Source: Bdellovibrionales bacterium
GTDB taxonomy: Bacteria; Bdellovibrionota; Bdellovibrionia; Bdellovibrionales; UBA1609
DNA: 64,000 bases
Direction: 5' to 3'
NCBI GenBank assembly: GCA_965219095.1
Contig: CBDCMT010000001.1
Span: 1,632,001-1,696,000 of the forward strand
Translations under genes and position numbers: made by a program
Shown here: in pieces, positions 39,786-49,667 of the stretch
Numbering within the stretch: the first letter of the stretch is position 1
Layout of the letters: every line of letters begins with the position of its first letter
Notes under the pieces: model-generated
What the model saw: the letters and a program-made list of their open reading frames with translations, nothing else
The model's database searches: none
Told to the model about the DNA's origin: nothing

Positions 39786-41048
39786 TCAAAAAGTGACAAA
39801 TTTTGTCAAACAATTCTTCAATTTTTTTCTTGGCATACTTTTTTTTAAAGTATCAAAGTAAGTTGAGATTGTTTTTTCCAGTATGATATGAGGCTCAAAA
39901 AAATGATTGATTTTTTTGTGGGCCTTCTCTCCTATTTCAACAGAATCGATTTTCTTATTGAAAATAGAAAAGATAAGCTCTTCTAAGAAAGCTTTATCGA
40001 AGGGGCGAATAAGAAAGCCTTCTGTTTGATTTTCCACAATTGTGGAGATAGGTCCTGTTTCTGAACCAATGATCACTTTTTTTTGACTCATAGCCTCTAG
40101 AAGGCTTGGTTCAAAACCTGAAGTACGAGCACTTAAGTCAATAAAAATATCACAAAGAGAAATGTAAGCTGTTACATCCATATGAGAAACAGGACCTACC
40201 ACAATGACTTTGTTTCCTAAGACTAAGTCATAAATTTTTCTTTCAATTTCTCGAGATAAAGGGGCTGTTCCTACTAAGATCATTCTTGAGGAAGGTTTTT
40301 TAATGACTACTTTTTGAAAGGCTTTTAAAATAGGAAAGACCTCTTCTTTTACCGTCATATCTGTTACTGTTGCTATAATTTGTTGATCATAAGACAGTTT
40401 AAAACTCTTCATCAATTCATTTTTTTTCTTTCCCGAAGGCTCTACAATTTCTATACCATAAGGTAAAATATAAGTATTCCAATCAGGGTAAAGATAATAG
40501 CGCTCAAAAATATTTTTTTCTCTAGGATTTGTAACAATCAAAGCATCCGACATTTTAAGAAGTTTGCGATCCTTTCTATAATAATTTGTAATGAACTTAT
40601 AAAGAACAGAAAGCCCTGTTTTAATTTCGCCATTAAAAGTGCTACGACTCATGCTTATAATAGAGTAAAGCTGAGAAACCTCTGTTGAGCGAGCATCTAA
40701 AATAACACAAAACGGATACTTCTTTTTTAGTTTAGCTACAAAGCGGGCTTTTTTACAGACTATATAAAGAATATGAAAAGGTTTTTTTTCATAGACCTCC
40801 ACTAATTGCTTTCTAAAAGCGACTTCCAAACGACGGCCCATACCCTTTACAAAGTGAACTTTCAAATTATCTTCTTGAAGAGAAGTTTCGTTATAAGAAG
40901 AGCTTTGTCCTGAAACCACTGTAATTTTATGACCCTTTCGAGCTAATCCTCTTGCTACAGGAATTAAAAAACCATGTTTTGAAGCCCTTCCTGAAATAGA
41001 AAATCTATCCACAAGAAAACATACATGTAATTTATCTTTTACGTCCAT
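39786..41048 (-). CDS. Glycosyltransferase family 4
   Basis: ARGLARKGHKITV, ILPYGIE, SGFEPSLLEAMS..KVIIGS GT-B motifs. Confidence 0.8.
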   Translation of the reverse strand: MDVKDKLHVCFLVDRFSISGRASKHGFLIPVARGLARKGHKITVVSGQSSSYNETSLQEDNLKVHFVKGMGRRLEVAFRKQLVEVYEKKPFHILYIVCKKARFVAKLKKKYPFCVILDARSTEVSQLYSIISMSRSTFNGEIKTGLSVLYKFITNYYRKDRKLLKMSDALIVTNPREKNIFERYYLYPDWNTYILPYGIEIVEPSGKKKNELMKSFKLSYDQQIIATVTDMTVKEEVFPILKAFQKVVIKKPSSRMILVGTAPLSREIERKIYDLVLGNKVIVVGPVSHMDVTAYISLCDIFIDLSARTSGFEPSLLEAMSQKKVIIGSETGPISTIVENQTEGFLIRPFDKAFLEELIFSIFNKKIDSVEIGEKAHKKINHFFEPHIILEKTISTYFDTLKKSMPRKKLKNCLTKFVTF

Positions 41049-41458
41049 TATTTAAAAATTTTCCTTTCTAATTCCTTTAAAATAAACTTATTTGTGTCAG
41101 GAATATCCATAGTTTTTAAGTCGTTCATACTTACCCATTTAAGTTCATAATGATGTTGAGGCCTAGGACTACCATCCCATTTTAAAACTTCATAGAACAA
41201 AAGCAGGATACATTTATTATAACTTACTTCCTTTGTCACATTCAATAAAGGAGAACCCACTTTAGCCTTAACATCTAGCTCTTCATAAAGCTCTCTTTCA
41301 AGACTTGCTATCGGATTTTCTCCTGTTTCTATTTTTCCTCCAGGAAACTCCCATAGTCCTGGCAAAGTTCCTGTAATAGGTCTCTGTCCTACTAAAAGCT
41401 TTTCATTTTTCTTCATAAGGCCTATTACAACAGGAATCCATATCGTTCTCATGCACAC
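41048..41458 (-). CDS. MutT/NudG-like Nudix hydrolase
   Basis: WEFPGGKIETGENPIASLERELYEEL Nudix box. Confidence 0.9.
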   Translation of the reverse strand: MCMRTIWIPVVIGLMKKNEKLLVGQRPITGTLPGLWEFPGGKIETGENPIASLERELYEELDVKAKVGSPLLNVTKEVSYNKCILLLFYEVLKWDGSPRPQHHYELKWVSMNDLKTMDIPDTNKFILKELERKIFK

Positions 41459-42441
41459 ACTCTTTTCTTTAGTTGTCTTATAGCTTTTTTAAAGAAAAAA
41501 GGTCCTTCAAACACAAGGGCTGAATACACTTGTATCAAATCGGCTCCTAAAGACAGTCTCTCTAATACATCTTCAACTGTCAAAACACCACCTGAGGACA
41601 CAATAAGTTTTTCTTTCTTTTTTTCTCCTAAATGCTCTACAGACCATTTTAAAGACTGTTTTGCTTTTTCTGCAAGGGGTTTACCTGAAATTCCACCACC
41701 TTCGATCTTAAATCCAAGCTCTTTTTTTATTTCATCAGAAGACACTGTGGTATTGGTAAGAATCCAACCATCAAGCTTAAGACTAGAGTCCAGTATTTCT
41801 TTAAGTTTTTCGTGTGTAATATCAGGACTCACCTTTAATAAGATTGTTTTTCCAGAAGACTTTGTTTCTTGCAAAATTTTATCTAAAAAAACCTCTAAAA
41901 ATTCAGGCTCTAAAAGTTTTCTTAAATCATAAGTGTTAGGGCTTGAAAGATTCAAAACAAAACCTTGTACAAAAGGATTTAATTTTTGCATGCAATGAAC
42001 ATAGTCTTTATAGGCGTCTTTTAGAGGAGTTTTTCTATTTTTTCCTATGTTAGCCCATAAAGGAACTTGCAAACACAGTTTTTCTAGTCTTTTTATAATA
42101 AGGTCGACTCCCTCAGAAGGAAAACCCATACGATTCCAAAGAGCTTTTTGAGACCTATTACGTTCTATATAGGGAAAGCTGAATAGGGTTTGAGCTTCTT
42201 TTGTAATAGTTCCCACCTCTAAAAAACCAGCTCCTAAAACTTCCCAAGCCTTAAGACAATTGCCTTTCTTATCAATTCCTCCCGCAATTCCTAAAGGATG
42301 ACAAAAAAAATCTTCTCCCTTAGAAAAGCTTTTCCAACAAGGAGTCTTTTTTTTATAGAGTAAAGAAGTTTTTAAGAGGTTAAGAAAAAAAGGGGCTGTC
42401 TTATGGGCTAAGTGAGGAGGGAGCCACAAGCCTAAATTCAA
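41449..42441 (-). CDS. pyrD: Quinone-dependent dihydroorotate dehydrogenase
   Basis: GFLEVGTIT, NRMGF, NIGKN, NLSSPNT, KVSPD, TNTT, GGISGKPL. Confidence 0.9.
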   Translation of the reverse strand: MNLGLWLPPHLAHKTAPFFLNLLKTSLLYKKKTPCWKSFSKGEDFFCHPLGIAGGIDKKGNCLKAWEVLGAGFLEVGTITKEAQTLFSFPYIERNRSQKALWNRMGFPSEGVDLIIKRLEKLCLQVPLWANIGKNRKTPLKDAYKDYVHCMQKLNPFVQGFVLNLSSPNTYDLRKLLEPEFLEVFLDKILQETKSSGKTILLKVSPDITHEKLKEILDSSLKLDGWILTNTTVSSDEIKKELGFKIEGGGISGKPLAEKAKQSLKWSVEHLGEKKKEKLIVSSGGVLTVEDVLERLSLGADLIQVYSALVFEGPFFFKKAIRQLKKRVCA

Positions 42442-43700
42442 GAAATCTGACCTCTTAGTTTCATAGCTTTTTCAAGTCTCACTATAGCTACTGCTATAGC
42501 TGCTATCCTCATAGAAATTTTTTTCTCTTGAGAATAGCGGTAGGATTTATCAAAAGCATCAAACATAATACGTCTTAAGCTATTTCTTACACGATCGATA
42601 TCCCAAAAAAACCAGCTAATACCTTGCACCCATTCAAAATAACTGACAATCACACCGCCTCCATTAGCTAAAACATCAGGAACAATAAAAACATCCTTTT
42701 CTCTTAAAATTTTATCAGCCAAAGAAGTTACTGGTCCATTAGCTCCTTCAACAATAATCTTCGCATGTATTTTATTAGCATTCTTATTGTTGATTACACT
42801 ATCAAGAGCACAGGGAGCTAAAATATCAGTTTGTAAACAAAGCAAATCTTCATTAGAAATAGGTTGAGATTGAGGATAATTTTCTACAAATTTATTCTCT
42901 TTCGTGTAAGCAATCACATCTTCTATATCTAAACCTTTTTCAGAATAAATGCCTCCTGATACGTCACTTACAGCAATCACCCTAGCTCCTCTTTTAGAAC
43001 TTTCTAAAGCTGCATGGGCTCCCACTTTACCAAAGCCTTGAATGGTAACGCTGGGGTGATCAGAAAATTTTTTATCAAATAAACTCAGAGCTTTTTCCAT
43101 AGAAAAAACCACTCCTAATCCTGTTGCGGAGGTTCTTCCTTGGGATCCGCCAATTTCAATAGGTTTTCCTGTCACCACTCCCGTTTGAGCAAAACCATGA
43201 ATTTTAGAATACATATCCATAATCCAAGCCATAGTTAATTCATCTGTACCTATATCAGGAGCAGGGATATCCTTATCAGGTCCAATAAAGGGACTCATCT
43301 CTATGGTAAACTGCTGAGTAAGTCTTTTTAACTCTCCTTGAGACAACTCAGATACGTTCACTTGAACTCCTCCTTTAGCTCCTCCTAAGGGCAGGCCTAA
43401 GAGAGAGTTTTTGAAGGTCATAAGACTAGCTAAACCTGATACATCTCCTAAATTTACCGATTCGTGATAACGAAGTCCTCCCTTAAAGGGACCTAAAACC
43501 TGATTGTGCTGGACTCTATAACCCCAAAAAGTCTTTATTCTTTCATCAGCCATCCTTACAGGCAGACTCACCACAATAGAACGACGAGGTCTGCGAAGCA
43601 TCTCAATGGCACTTTTAGTGATATTTGTAAAATCTGCAGCCTCATAGAATACATCGATGACATTGCGGAAAAGACGACTGTTTTTTAAGTTTAGAGTCAC
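42438..43700 (-). CDS. gdhA: Glu/Leu/Phe/Val dehydrogenase (glutamate dehydrogenase)
   Basis: GPFKGGLRY, GGAKGG, DIPAPD, TGKP, QGFGKVG, EGANGP, VSYFEW. Confidence 0.92.
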   Translation of the reverse strand: MTLNLKNSRLFRNVIDVFYEAADFTNITKSAIEMLRRPRRSIVVSLPVRMADERIKTFWGYRVQHNQVLGPFKGGLRYHESVNLGDVSGLASLMTFKNSLLGLPLGGAKGGVQVNVSELSQGELKRLTQQFTIEMSPFIGPDKDIPAPDIGTDELTMAWIMDMYSKIHGFAQTGVVTGKPIEIGGSQGRTSATGLGVVFSMEKALSLFDKKFSDHPSVTIQGFGKVGAHAALESSKRGARVIAVSDVSGGIYSEKGLDIEDVIAYTKENKFVENYPQSQPISNEDLLCLQTDILAPCALDSVINNKNANKIHAKIIVEGANGPVTSLADKILREKDVFIVPDVLANGGGVIVSYFEWVQGISWFFWDIDRVRNSLRRIMFDAFDKSYRYSQEKKISMRIAAIAVAIVRLEKAMKLRGQIS

Positions 43701-43756
43701 CTTTTTATCATATTTTTTTTTTTAGATAAAGTCGAGGCTATTTTTATTGCCCTATA

Positions 43757-44860
43757 ATGAAGTCTATGTTACGACTCAAGTCATCTATGATAAAGCTTAA
43801 TTTCTTTGACCTAAGCCTTTCTGATTTAAAAACTTTTCTTCTCCAAAGAGGGTATAAAAACTATTGTACACAACAACTTTATAAGTGGACTTATCAAAAG
43901 TCCATATTTGATTTTAAAAAAATGACAGACCTTTCAAAAAAAGCAAGAGACAAACTTTCTTTGCTACTTCATTTTAAAACCCCAAAACTTATGGAAACTT
44001 TAAAGAGCCTTGACGGCACAGAAAAGTTCCTCTTTCAAACAGAAGAAGGTTTTCTCTATGAAACAGTCCTTATCCCTTCTGAAAAAAGATGGACTCTTTG
44101 CTTGTCCTCTCAAGTTGGTTGCAACATGGCTTGTAAGTTTTGCTATACAGGAAAGCAAAAACTTCGAAAACGCCTCACAACTTCAGAGATAATAGGTCAA
44201 TATATGGTTGTAAACGAAAGGATCAAACCTCACAGTAAAATCACCAACCTTGTTTTTATGGGTATGGGAGAGCCTCTTGATAATCAAGAGGCTGTTTTTT
44301 CTTCCATTGAGATCTTTTGCGAGTCTTTAGGTATAGGGCTTTCGAGAAAAAAGATTACAATTTCTACTTCCGGTCTTGCTTCTCTAATCCCTAAGATCAC
44401 AGAAGCTAGAGTAAGACTAGCTGTAAGTCTTAACAGTGCTAACAATAGGCTAAGAGATCAGATTATGCCTATCAACCGCAAATGGCCTATAGAAAGTTTA
44501 TTGAAAGCCTGTAAAGAGCATACAAGAGTATCTAAACAGAAAGTTACTTTTGAGTATGTGCTTTTAAAAGGTGTGACGGATTCTTTGAAAGATGCTTATG
44601 ATCTCTATTATCTTACAAAAAATATACCATGTAAAATTAACATCATCCCCTTTAATGAACATTTTCAATCAGGTTTTTTGAGGCCTTCTGAAGAAAAAAT
44701 CGATAAGTTTCAAAGAAAGCTTATCAATTTAGGAGCTCATGTTTTCAGAAGAAAAACTATGGGGAAAGATATTTATGCAGCCTGCGGACAACTCAACCCT
44801 CGAACAGCAATTAAAGTGGACAGCCATGATTTTAGTGACAGGAACTTTAGGTTACGATAA
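43757..44860 (+). CDS. rlmN: 23S rRNA/tRNA m2A radical-SAM methyltransferase
   Basis: CLSSQVGCNMACKFC, FMGMGEPL, NIIPFN, AACGQL; start may be a few codons later. Confidence 0.95.
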   Translation: MKSMLRLKSSMIKLNFFDLSLSDLKTFLLQRGYKNYCTQQLYKWTYQKSIFDFKKMTDLSKKARDKLSLLLHFKTPKLMETLKSLDGTEKFLFQTEEGFLYETVLIPSEKRWTLCLSSQVGCNMACKFCYTGKQKLRKRLTTSEIIGQYMVVNERIKPHSKITNLVFMGMGEPLDNQEAVFSSIEIFCESLGIGLSRKKITISTSGLASLIPKITEARVRLAVSLNSANNRLRDQIMPINRKWPIESLLKACKEHTRVSKQKVTFEYVLLKGVTDSLKDAYDLYYLTKNIPCKINIIPFNEHFQSGFLRPSEEKIDKFQRKLINLGAHVFRRKTMGKDIYAACGQLNPRTAIKVDSHDFSDRNFRLR

Positions 44861-45722
44861 CATTGAAACTTTCGATTTGAAAGCCGAAAGAATTTTAGGA
44901 GGAGCCGCTAACTATTCTACTTTAAGTGCTTATTTTTTTAGTCCTGTGTGTGTAGTAAGCTGTATAGGAAAAGATTATACAAAAAAGGATCTTGGAGTTC
45001 TTATTTCGAAAAACATAGATTTAAAAGGAGTTAAAATCACACAACAAAAATCTTTCACATGGACCGGTCGTTACGGTGAAGATCTTAAAGACGCTGAAAC
45101 TTTAGACCTTCACCTCAATACCATGAAAAACTTTTCACCGAAACTTTCCGAAGAATATAAAGATAAAAAATTTATTTTTCTATCTAATATGGATCCCGAA
45201 ATACAACTTTCTATTTTAGAACAAATGTCAGATCCTGTTTTTACTCTACTTGATACCATGTCTTATTGGATTAGGAAAGAAGAAAAGAAAAAAACTTTAA
45301 TTCGCCTTATACCTCACATTACAGCTCTTATCCTCAACGAGACTGAGATCAAAGAGCTTACAGAAAGCCAAGATCTAAAAATAGCAATCTTTAAAACCCA
45401 CAAGCTAGGAGTTGAAACGGTTATTATAAAAAGGGGAAAAGAAGGCTTTCTTCTTTCTCATAAAGATAAAACTTTTAAAAAATCCTCCTATCCTGTAAAA
45501 GCCATTGATCCTACAGGGGCAGGGGACAGTTTTGCAGGGGGATTTTTAGGGGCATTTGCCTCTTCCTATAATGAAAGCGTTTCATTTGAAAATTTAAAAA
45601 CATCTTGTCTTTACGGATCTGTTTTATCTAGTTTTGCAGTAGAAGACATAGGCCTAAGATCTCTTTTAAAATTAAATTTATCTAAAATAGAAGAACGTTT
45701 AGAAAGGTACAAAAAGCTTTAA
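44826..45722 (+). CDS. PfkB family carbohydrate/nucleoside kinase
   Basis: MILVTG..YDNIET, LGGAANY, DPTGAGDSFAGGF; start placed at ATG 44826. Confidence 0.88.
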   Translation: MILVTGTLGYDNIETFDLKAERILGGAANYSTLSAYFFSPVCVVSCIGKDYTKKDLGVLISKNIDLKGVKITQQKSFTWTGRYGEDLKDAETLDLHLNTMKNFSPKLSEEYKDKKFIFLSNMDPEIQLSILEQMSDPVFTLLDTMSYWIRKEEKKKTLIRLIPHITALILNETEIKELTESQDLKIAIFKTHKLGVETVIIKRGKEGFLLSHKDKTFKKSSYPVKAIDPTGAGDSFAGGFLGAFASSYNESVSFENLKTSCLYGSVLSSFAVEDIGLRSLLKLNLSKIEERLERYKKL

Positions 45723-46095
45723 GTCATAAAAAATGGCTGATTTTGTGAATTTAAAACCTTATCGCAATCAAGGTTCAGTTGATTTTATCAGATCAAAATA
45801 TAACAAGGCAGTGTTTTTTTGTGATGAAGGCCTTCTATTCTAATTCCAGAACGGCTTTCTTAGATAGTCGAACGTGAAAAATTGACAAAAGCCTAGGATT
45901 TTTATGCTGTATGATCTTTATTCCTGTTACTTTCTACTATAGAGGGTTAAATATTTTTTCATAACTTAAACAAAACAGTAGTTTTCAAGAAGGCGTACAG
46001 GCCTTTTAAGCCATTTCAGTGAAAAAAACGAAAAAAGACGCACCTCTAGCATTAACTTTCTAAAATTTTGAGAAGCTCCTGATAAAAGACTATTA

Positions 46096-46139
46096 ACCCG
46101 AGTTTCGACTTTTATATATTGTTCAGAAGCTCCTGTTTT
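46096..46139 (-). mobile_element. IS982 right-end remnant
   Basis: acccgagtttcgacttttatatattg is the reverse complement of the element end at 37841. Confidence 0.75.
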
Positions 46140-46947
46140 GTAAGTCGGTTTTTTAACAGCCCTTGACTTCTACTGAGGAGGATATTTCTTAGATTTTAAA
46201 GGAGAAGTTTTTATTGATCTTGTTGTAAAACGGTGTTGTAAGACGTTTTCCTAAGGCCTTCCCCGTTACAAAAGTATTAGAGAAGTTCTTAAAAGAATAA
46301 TTCTTAGTTTTTTTTCGTAATTTTGATTTTTTTTGTGCTTTATTCTTTAAGAACGAAGCTCACTTGTATACTCAAAAGGCGTTTTAATAAGCATCTTATC
46401 GAGGGAGTTTCCCACAACCATTAAAATATAGTCCTTAGGATCTAATTCCACCTTCTTACAACTTTCCACAATACTGTAAAGTACTGATGCTGTTTCAGCT
46501 CCTCTCTGAGTCCTTGACCCATGAAAGTTCTTTCTTCCCATCACAGAATGTCGAATCGTTCTTTCTGCTTCATTGTTTGTCATAGGAATTTTCTCATTTT
46601 CTAAGAATAAATTTAAGCCATCCCAGTGATTAAAGCTATAATCAATAGCCTTTTTTAACCCACTCTCAGGACGAGCTTCTCCATAAAGTTTATAATACAG
46701 ATCTTGCAGAGAAAGAACTAAATCCTTTGATTCTGTTTGTCTTAAACTTTTGAGCTCTTCATAAGTTTTCGCCTTTGATTCAACTTTAAAAATCTTCCCC
46801 ATAAGCTTTAATACTTTTCCACACTCCTCAGGGTAATTCTGTTCTATGTCAATAAACTTTCTTATCACTGAGACCAACAAAAAGCAAGATCAATTCCCTT
46901 TTCATCCTTAAAATGTGTTTTATAACTAACGTATCCATCTGTTAAAA
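46140..46947 (-). mobile_element. IS66 type B 3' fragment, second copy
   Basis: 808 bp near-identical to 35983-36790, including ORF 46347-46880. Confidence 0.88.
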
Positions 46948-46952
46948 AACTC

Positions 46953-47000
46953 GCCTCCTCAAAAGAACCTTCGGGAACCCACAGATTCTTTTGAGGAGGC
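46953..47000. mobile_element. 48-bp ISL3-derived miniature element, copy 1
   Basis: gcctcctcaaaagaa-ccttcgggaacccacaga-ttcttttgaggaggc; 3' part equals the ISL3 right end at about 22570-22605. Confidence 0.75.
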
Positions 47001-47110
47001 ATAAATTTAACATATGAGTATTAAAACATAAAAAAATAAATAAATAAAATTACCTGGATTAAAGGCTTGAAAATTGTGAAAAAAATTACTGGTCAGAACA
47101 CTAGATAGAG

Positions 47111-47148
47111 AAGAGTAGTTATTGTTTCATAAAACAATAACTACTCTT
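47111..47148. terminator. 17-bp perfect hairpin downstream of the 120-aa gene
   Basis: aagagtagttattgttt-cata-aaacaataactactctt; no strong U-tract on the minus strand. Confidence 0.45.
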
Positions 47149-47202
47149 AGTTTATTTTTGTTGCCTTAAGCTTTTTAGAGTAAAATCATATTACTCTATC
47201 TT

Positions 47203-47565
47203 TTACATAAGAAGAACGACGGCACCAACTATTGCTACTATTAGAACAACTCCTTGAATACCTGCCATAAAAGCATATTCTGTAAATTCTGTAACTGCTA
47301 CTTCTTTCTGTTCTGTCACCAACATATTGATCTTAGCTAATTGTTCTTGAGAAAGATTAAGTTTGTCAATGTCAATAGAAGCAATCTTTTCAGCCTGTGC
47401 TTCAGATAGATTGAACTGTCCAGGGTCTTCTTGAGCCCATAGTATGGCTTCTATTACATTTTCTTCAGTTATAACTTTTTGAGTTGAAGCAAAAGCTACT
47501 CCTTGGAAGAACATAGCAAAAGCTATGAAAGTTGTTGCTATGATTGTTTTTATTGTTTTTTTCAT
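47203..47565 (-). CDS. Small secreted protein with C-terminal hydrophobic helix
   Basis: Signal peptide ending AFA, AAGGAG RBS, C-terminal GVVLIVAIVGAVVLLM. Confidence 0.75.
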   Translation of the reverse strand: MKKTIKTIIATTFIAFAMFFQGVAFASTQKVITEENVIEAILWAQEDPGQFNLSEAQAEKIASIDIDKLNLSQEQLAKINMLVTEQKEVAVTEFTEYAFMAGIQGVVLIVAIVGAVVLLM

Positions 47566-47837
47566 TTTGTTTCTCCTTTCGTTTTTTGAGCCTTTGAAAG
47601 CTCTTATGTTTTTTTTTACTTGCCCTTTTGTCTTTAATTAAAGAGTAAAGTAAAGTTAACATATCAAATTATAAATTTCAATGCGATTTATTAATTTTGT
47701 AAAATATTTACATGCATTTGAAATTTTTATAACCACATACTATTTGAATGATAGTTTGCCTTTTGATAGCTTGTCTTTGATTTTGAATGAACACCAACAT
47801 TCAAAGCAGTTTCAAAAATTCATACGTTATTTTTTTC

Positions 47838-47885
47838 GCCTCCTCAAAAGAACCTCCGGGAACCCACAGATTCTTTTGAGGAGCC
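47838..47885. mobile_element. 48-bp ISL3-derived miniature element, copy 2
   Basis: gcctcctcaaaagaacctccgggaacccacagattcttttgaggagcc. Confidence 0.75.
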
Positions 47886-47947
47886 AAAATTTTAAAACTG
47901 TTATAATATTGATTGTACCCCCTTAAGAGGGGGAGATTATAAAAAAC

Positions 47948-48382
47948 TTAATGAGATTCTTCTTGAGTGAAGCCTTCCGATTCAAAAAGCTCACCTCTTT
48001 GATAACGTTCAGTCAGCTTATGATCTTTGGTAGGAAAAGAAAATAAAATAGAATGACTGTTAGAGGAAGGATCTTCTGCTGTAGCTACAATATAATAAAA
48101 GGGGTCGTCTAAATCAGAACTCGTGTATTCTTTGAGAAAATAAAAAATATCATAACAAGAACCTATAAACTCGCTATCATCAACCCTCCAAACTTCATCA
48201 GCCTCTTCTAAAGTTTCATCACGGAACGTTCTATATTTTTGAAAGTCTTTCTCAGGAATATCTGTTTTCATACGTAAAACCATCATGGCTTTATAGAGTC
48301 CTAAGGCAAGCTCATCTCCTTCACTAACTCCATCACCACTGAGAGCTCCTAAAGGTTTCTTCTGTTCTTTTCGTTTTTTCAT
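47948..48382 (-). CDS. Hypothetical protein
   Basis: 144-aa ORF with normal composition, co-oriented downstream of the matrixin gene. Confidence 0.7.
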   Translation of the reverse strand: MKKRKEQKKPLGALSGDGVSEGDELALGLYKAMMVLRMKTDIPEKDFQKYRTFRDETLEEADEVWRVDDSEFIGSCYDIFYFLKEYTSSDLDDPFYYIVATAEDPSSNSHSILFSFPTKDHKLTERYQRGELFESEGFTQEESH

Positions 48383-48391
48383 AAACCTTCT

Positions 48392-48616
48392 TTAAGATTT
48401 CTTATTTCTTAATAATTCTTTACAAATGTCTTTAAAAAGAAACTGAAAGTAATCATATTTTTTCATATTTTTTTGAAGAAGTTCAAAAAAATATGAAAAC
48501 TCACTCTCCTTCTCTCCTAAGGTCTTTCGGCTTTGACTTAAAATAGCTTCTAAGCTCTCGATCTGAGAAAAATTTGTTTTTAAGCTTTCTTTTTTTAAAA
48601 CATACTTTTCTGACAT
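48392..48616 (-). CDS. Small hypothetical protein
   Basis: AAGGA RBS; operon position. Confidence 0.5.
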   Translation of the reverse strand: MSEKYVLKKESLKTNFSQIESLEAILSQSRKTLGEKESEFSYFFELLQKNMKKYDYFQFLFKDICKELLRNKKS

Positions 48617-48671
48617 TTACTTTTCCTTTCTCTTTATTTTACAATAAACCTTTCTAAAATCAAAGGATATC

Positions 48672-49400
48672 TTAATACTCACAGCCTAAGAACTCCTCCA
48701 TAACTTCTCTTTCGCTGACAAGAGGAGAACACTCCTCTTCTTGTTCTGTTTTATCTGAAGGTTTTTCAGAACACTTCCTTTCAATTTGAGCATTAAAACT
48801 TCTTCTTTTTTCTCCAAGAGCTAGAGAAAAATACATTACCGTATCAGAGTCCTCATGGTGTTTAAGACCTAAAATATGACCTAATTCATGTAAAACAAGA
48901 CTTTCAAAATCCACCTTGCCTTCGGCTACGTTCTCAGTTGTAGAGAAAGAAAAATTTTCACTGTTTAGAAAGATAGAGGCTGAAATGATCTGCTTTCCCC
49001 TCCAAAGAACTTTAGTAACCCCTTGCTGTTGTGCTGAGTAGTTGTTACTGATCCAGCGATCTCTTAAATAAATTACATTTAAGTTCTTAAGGCTTGTAAC
49101 GTCACCTGAAATCCCTACAGAGATGATTTCAAAAAGAGGCCTCTCCTCTGAAGGAATTAAAGCGTTCCAGGTGGCCACAGCTCTTCTCATTGCAGCCACT
49201 TTCCCTAGTCCATCAGAAGAGGTGCTGATAGACTCATGAATATGTAATTCCACAGGCAATTTTTTCCCCCAAGACACTCTCTGAGAGTCTGTATTTTTTA
49301 TAAAAAGACAATCCTTTTCACTGAAGTTAGTGGTAGAACAGCTTATCAGCAAAAAAGAAAGACTTAGCAATAAGCTTAATAAAATGAAAAAACCCTTCAC
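48672..49400 (-). CDS. Matrixin-family (M10/metzincin) metalloprotease lipoprotein
   Basis: Lipobox LLISC; HELGHILGLKH zinc motif; Met-turn TVMY. Confidence 0.88.
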   Translation of the reverse strand: MKGFFILLSLLLSLSFLLISCSTTNFSEKDCLFIKNTDSQRVSWGKKLPVELHIHESISTSSDGLGKVAAMRRAVATWNALIPSEERPLFEIISVGISGDVTSLKNLNVIYLRDRWISNNYSAQQQGVTKVLWRGKQIISASIFLNSENFSFSTTENVAEGKVDFESLVLHELGHILGLKHHEDSDTVMYFSLALGEKRRSFNAQIERKCSEKPSDKTEQEEECSPLVSEREVMEEFLGCEY

Positions 49401-49667
49401 TTTTTCTCTCTCTTTCTACTCTTACTTCTTTTTTCTGCAAGTTAGGGGCTTATGAAAAAACATTATAAGTAATTAAAATCATTTACCTTTTTAAAACAGG
49501 CCCTTTTACCCTTTTGACAAAGTGTCTTATTTTTAAACACTTTTTTTAAAAGCACTCTAAGGTGTTAATTTTAAAACAGTTTTTACCCTAACTTTCAGAA
49601 CACCATTTAAGCCCTTAAATGGCCTATAGGGCTACACTTTTAAAAAAAACTACTTTATAAACTGGTT

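Noticed and set aside
49519..49580. TGT-N10/11-ACA palindromes upstream of putA
   Set aside because: Short AT-rich matches with inconsistent spacing; cannot be distinguished from chance without comparative data
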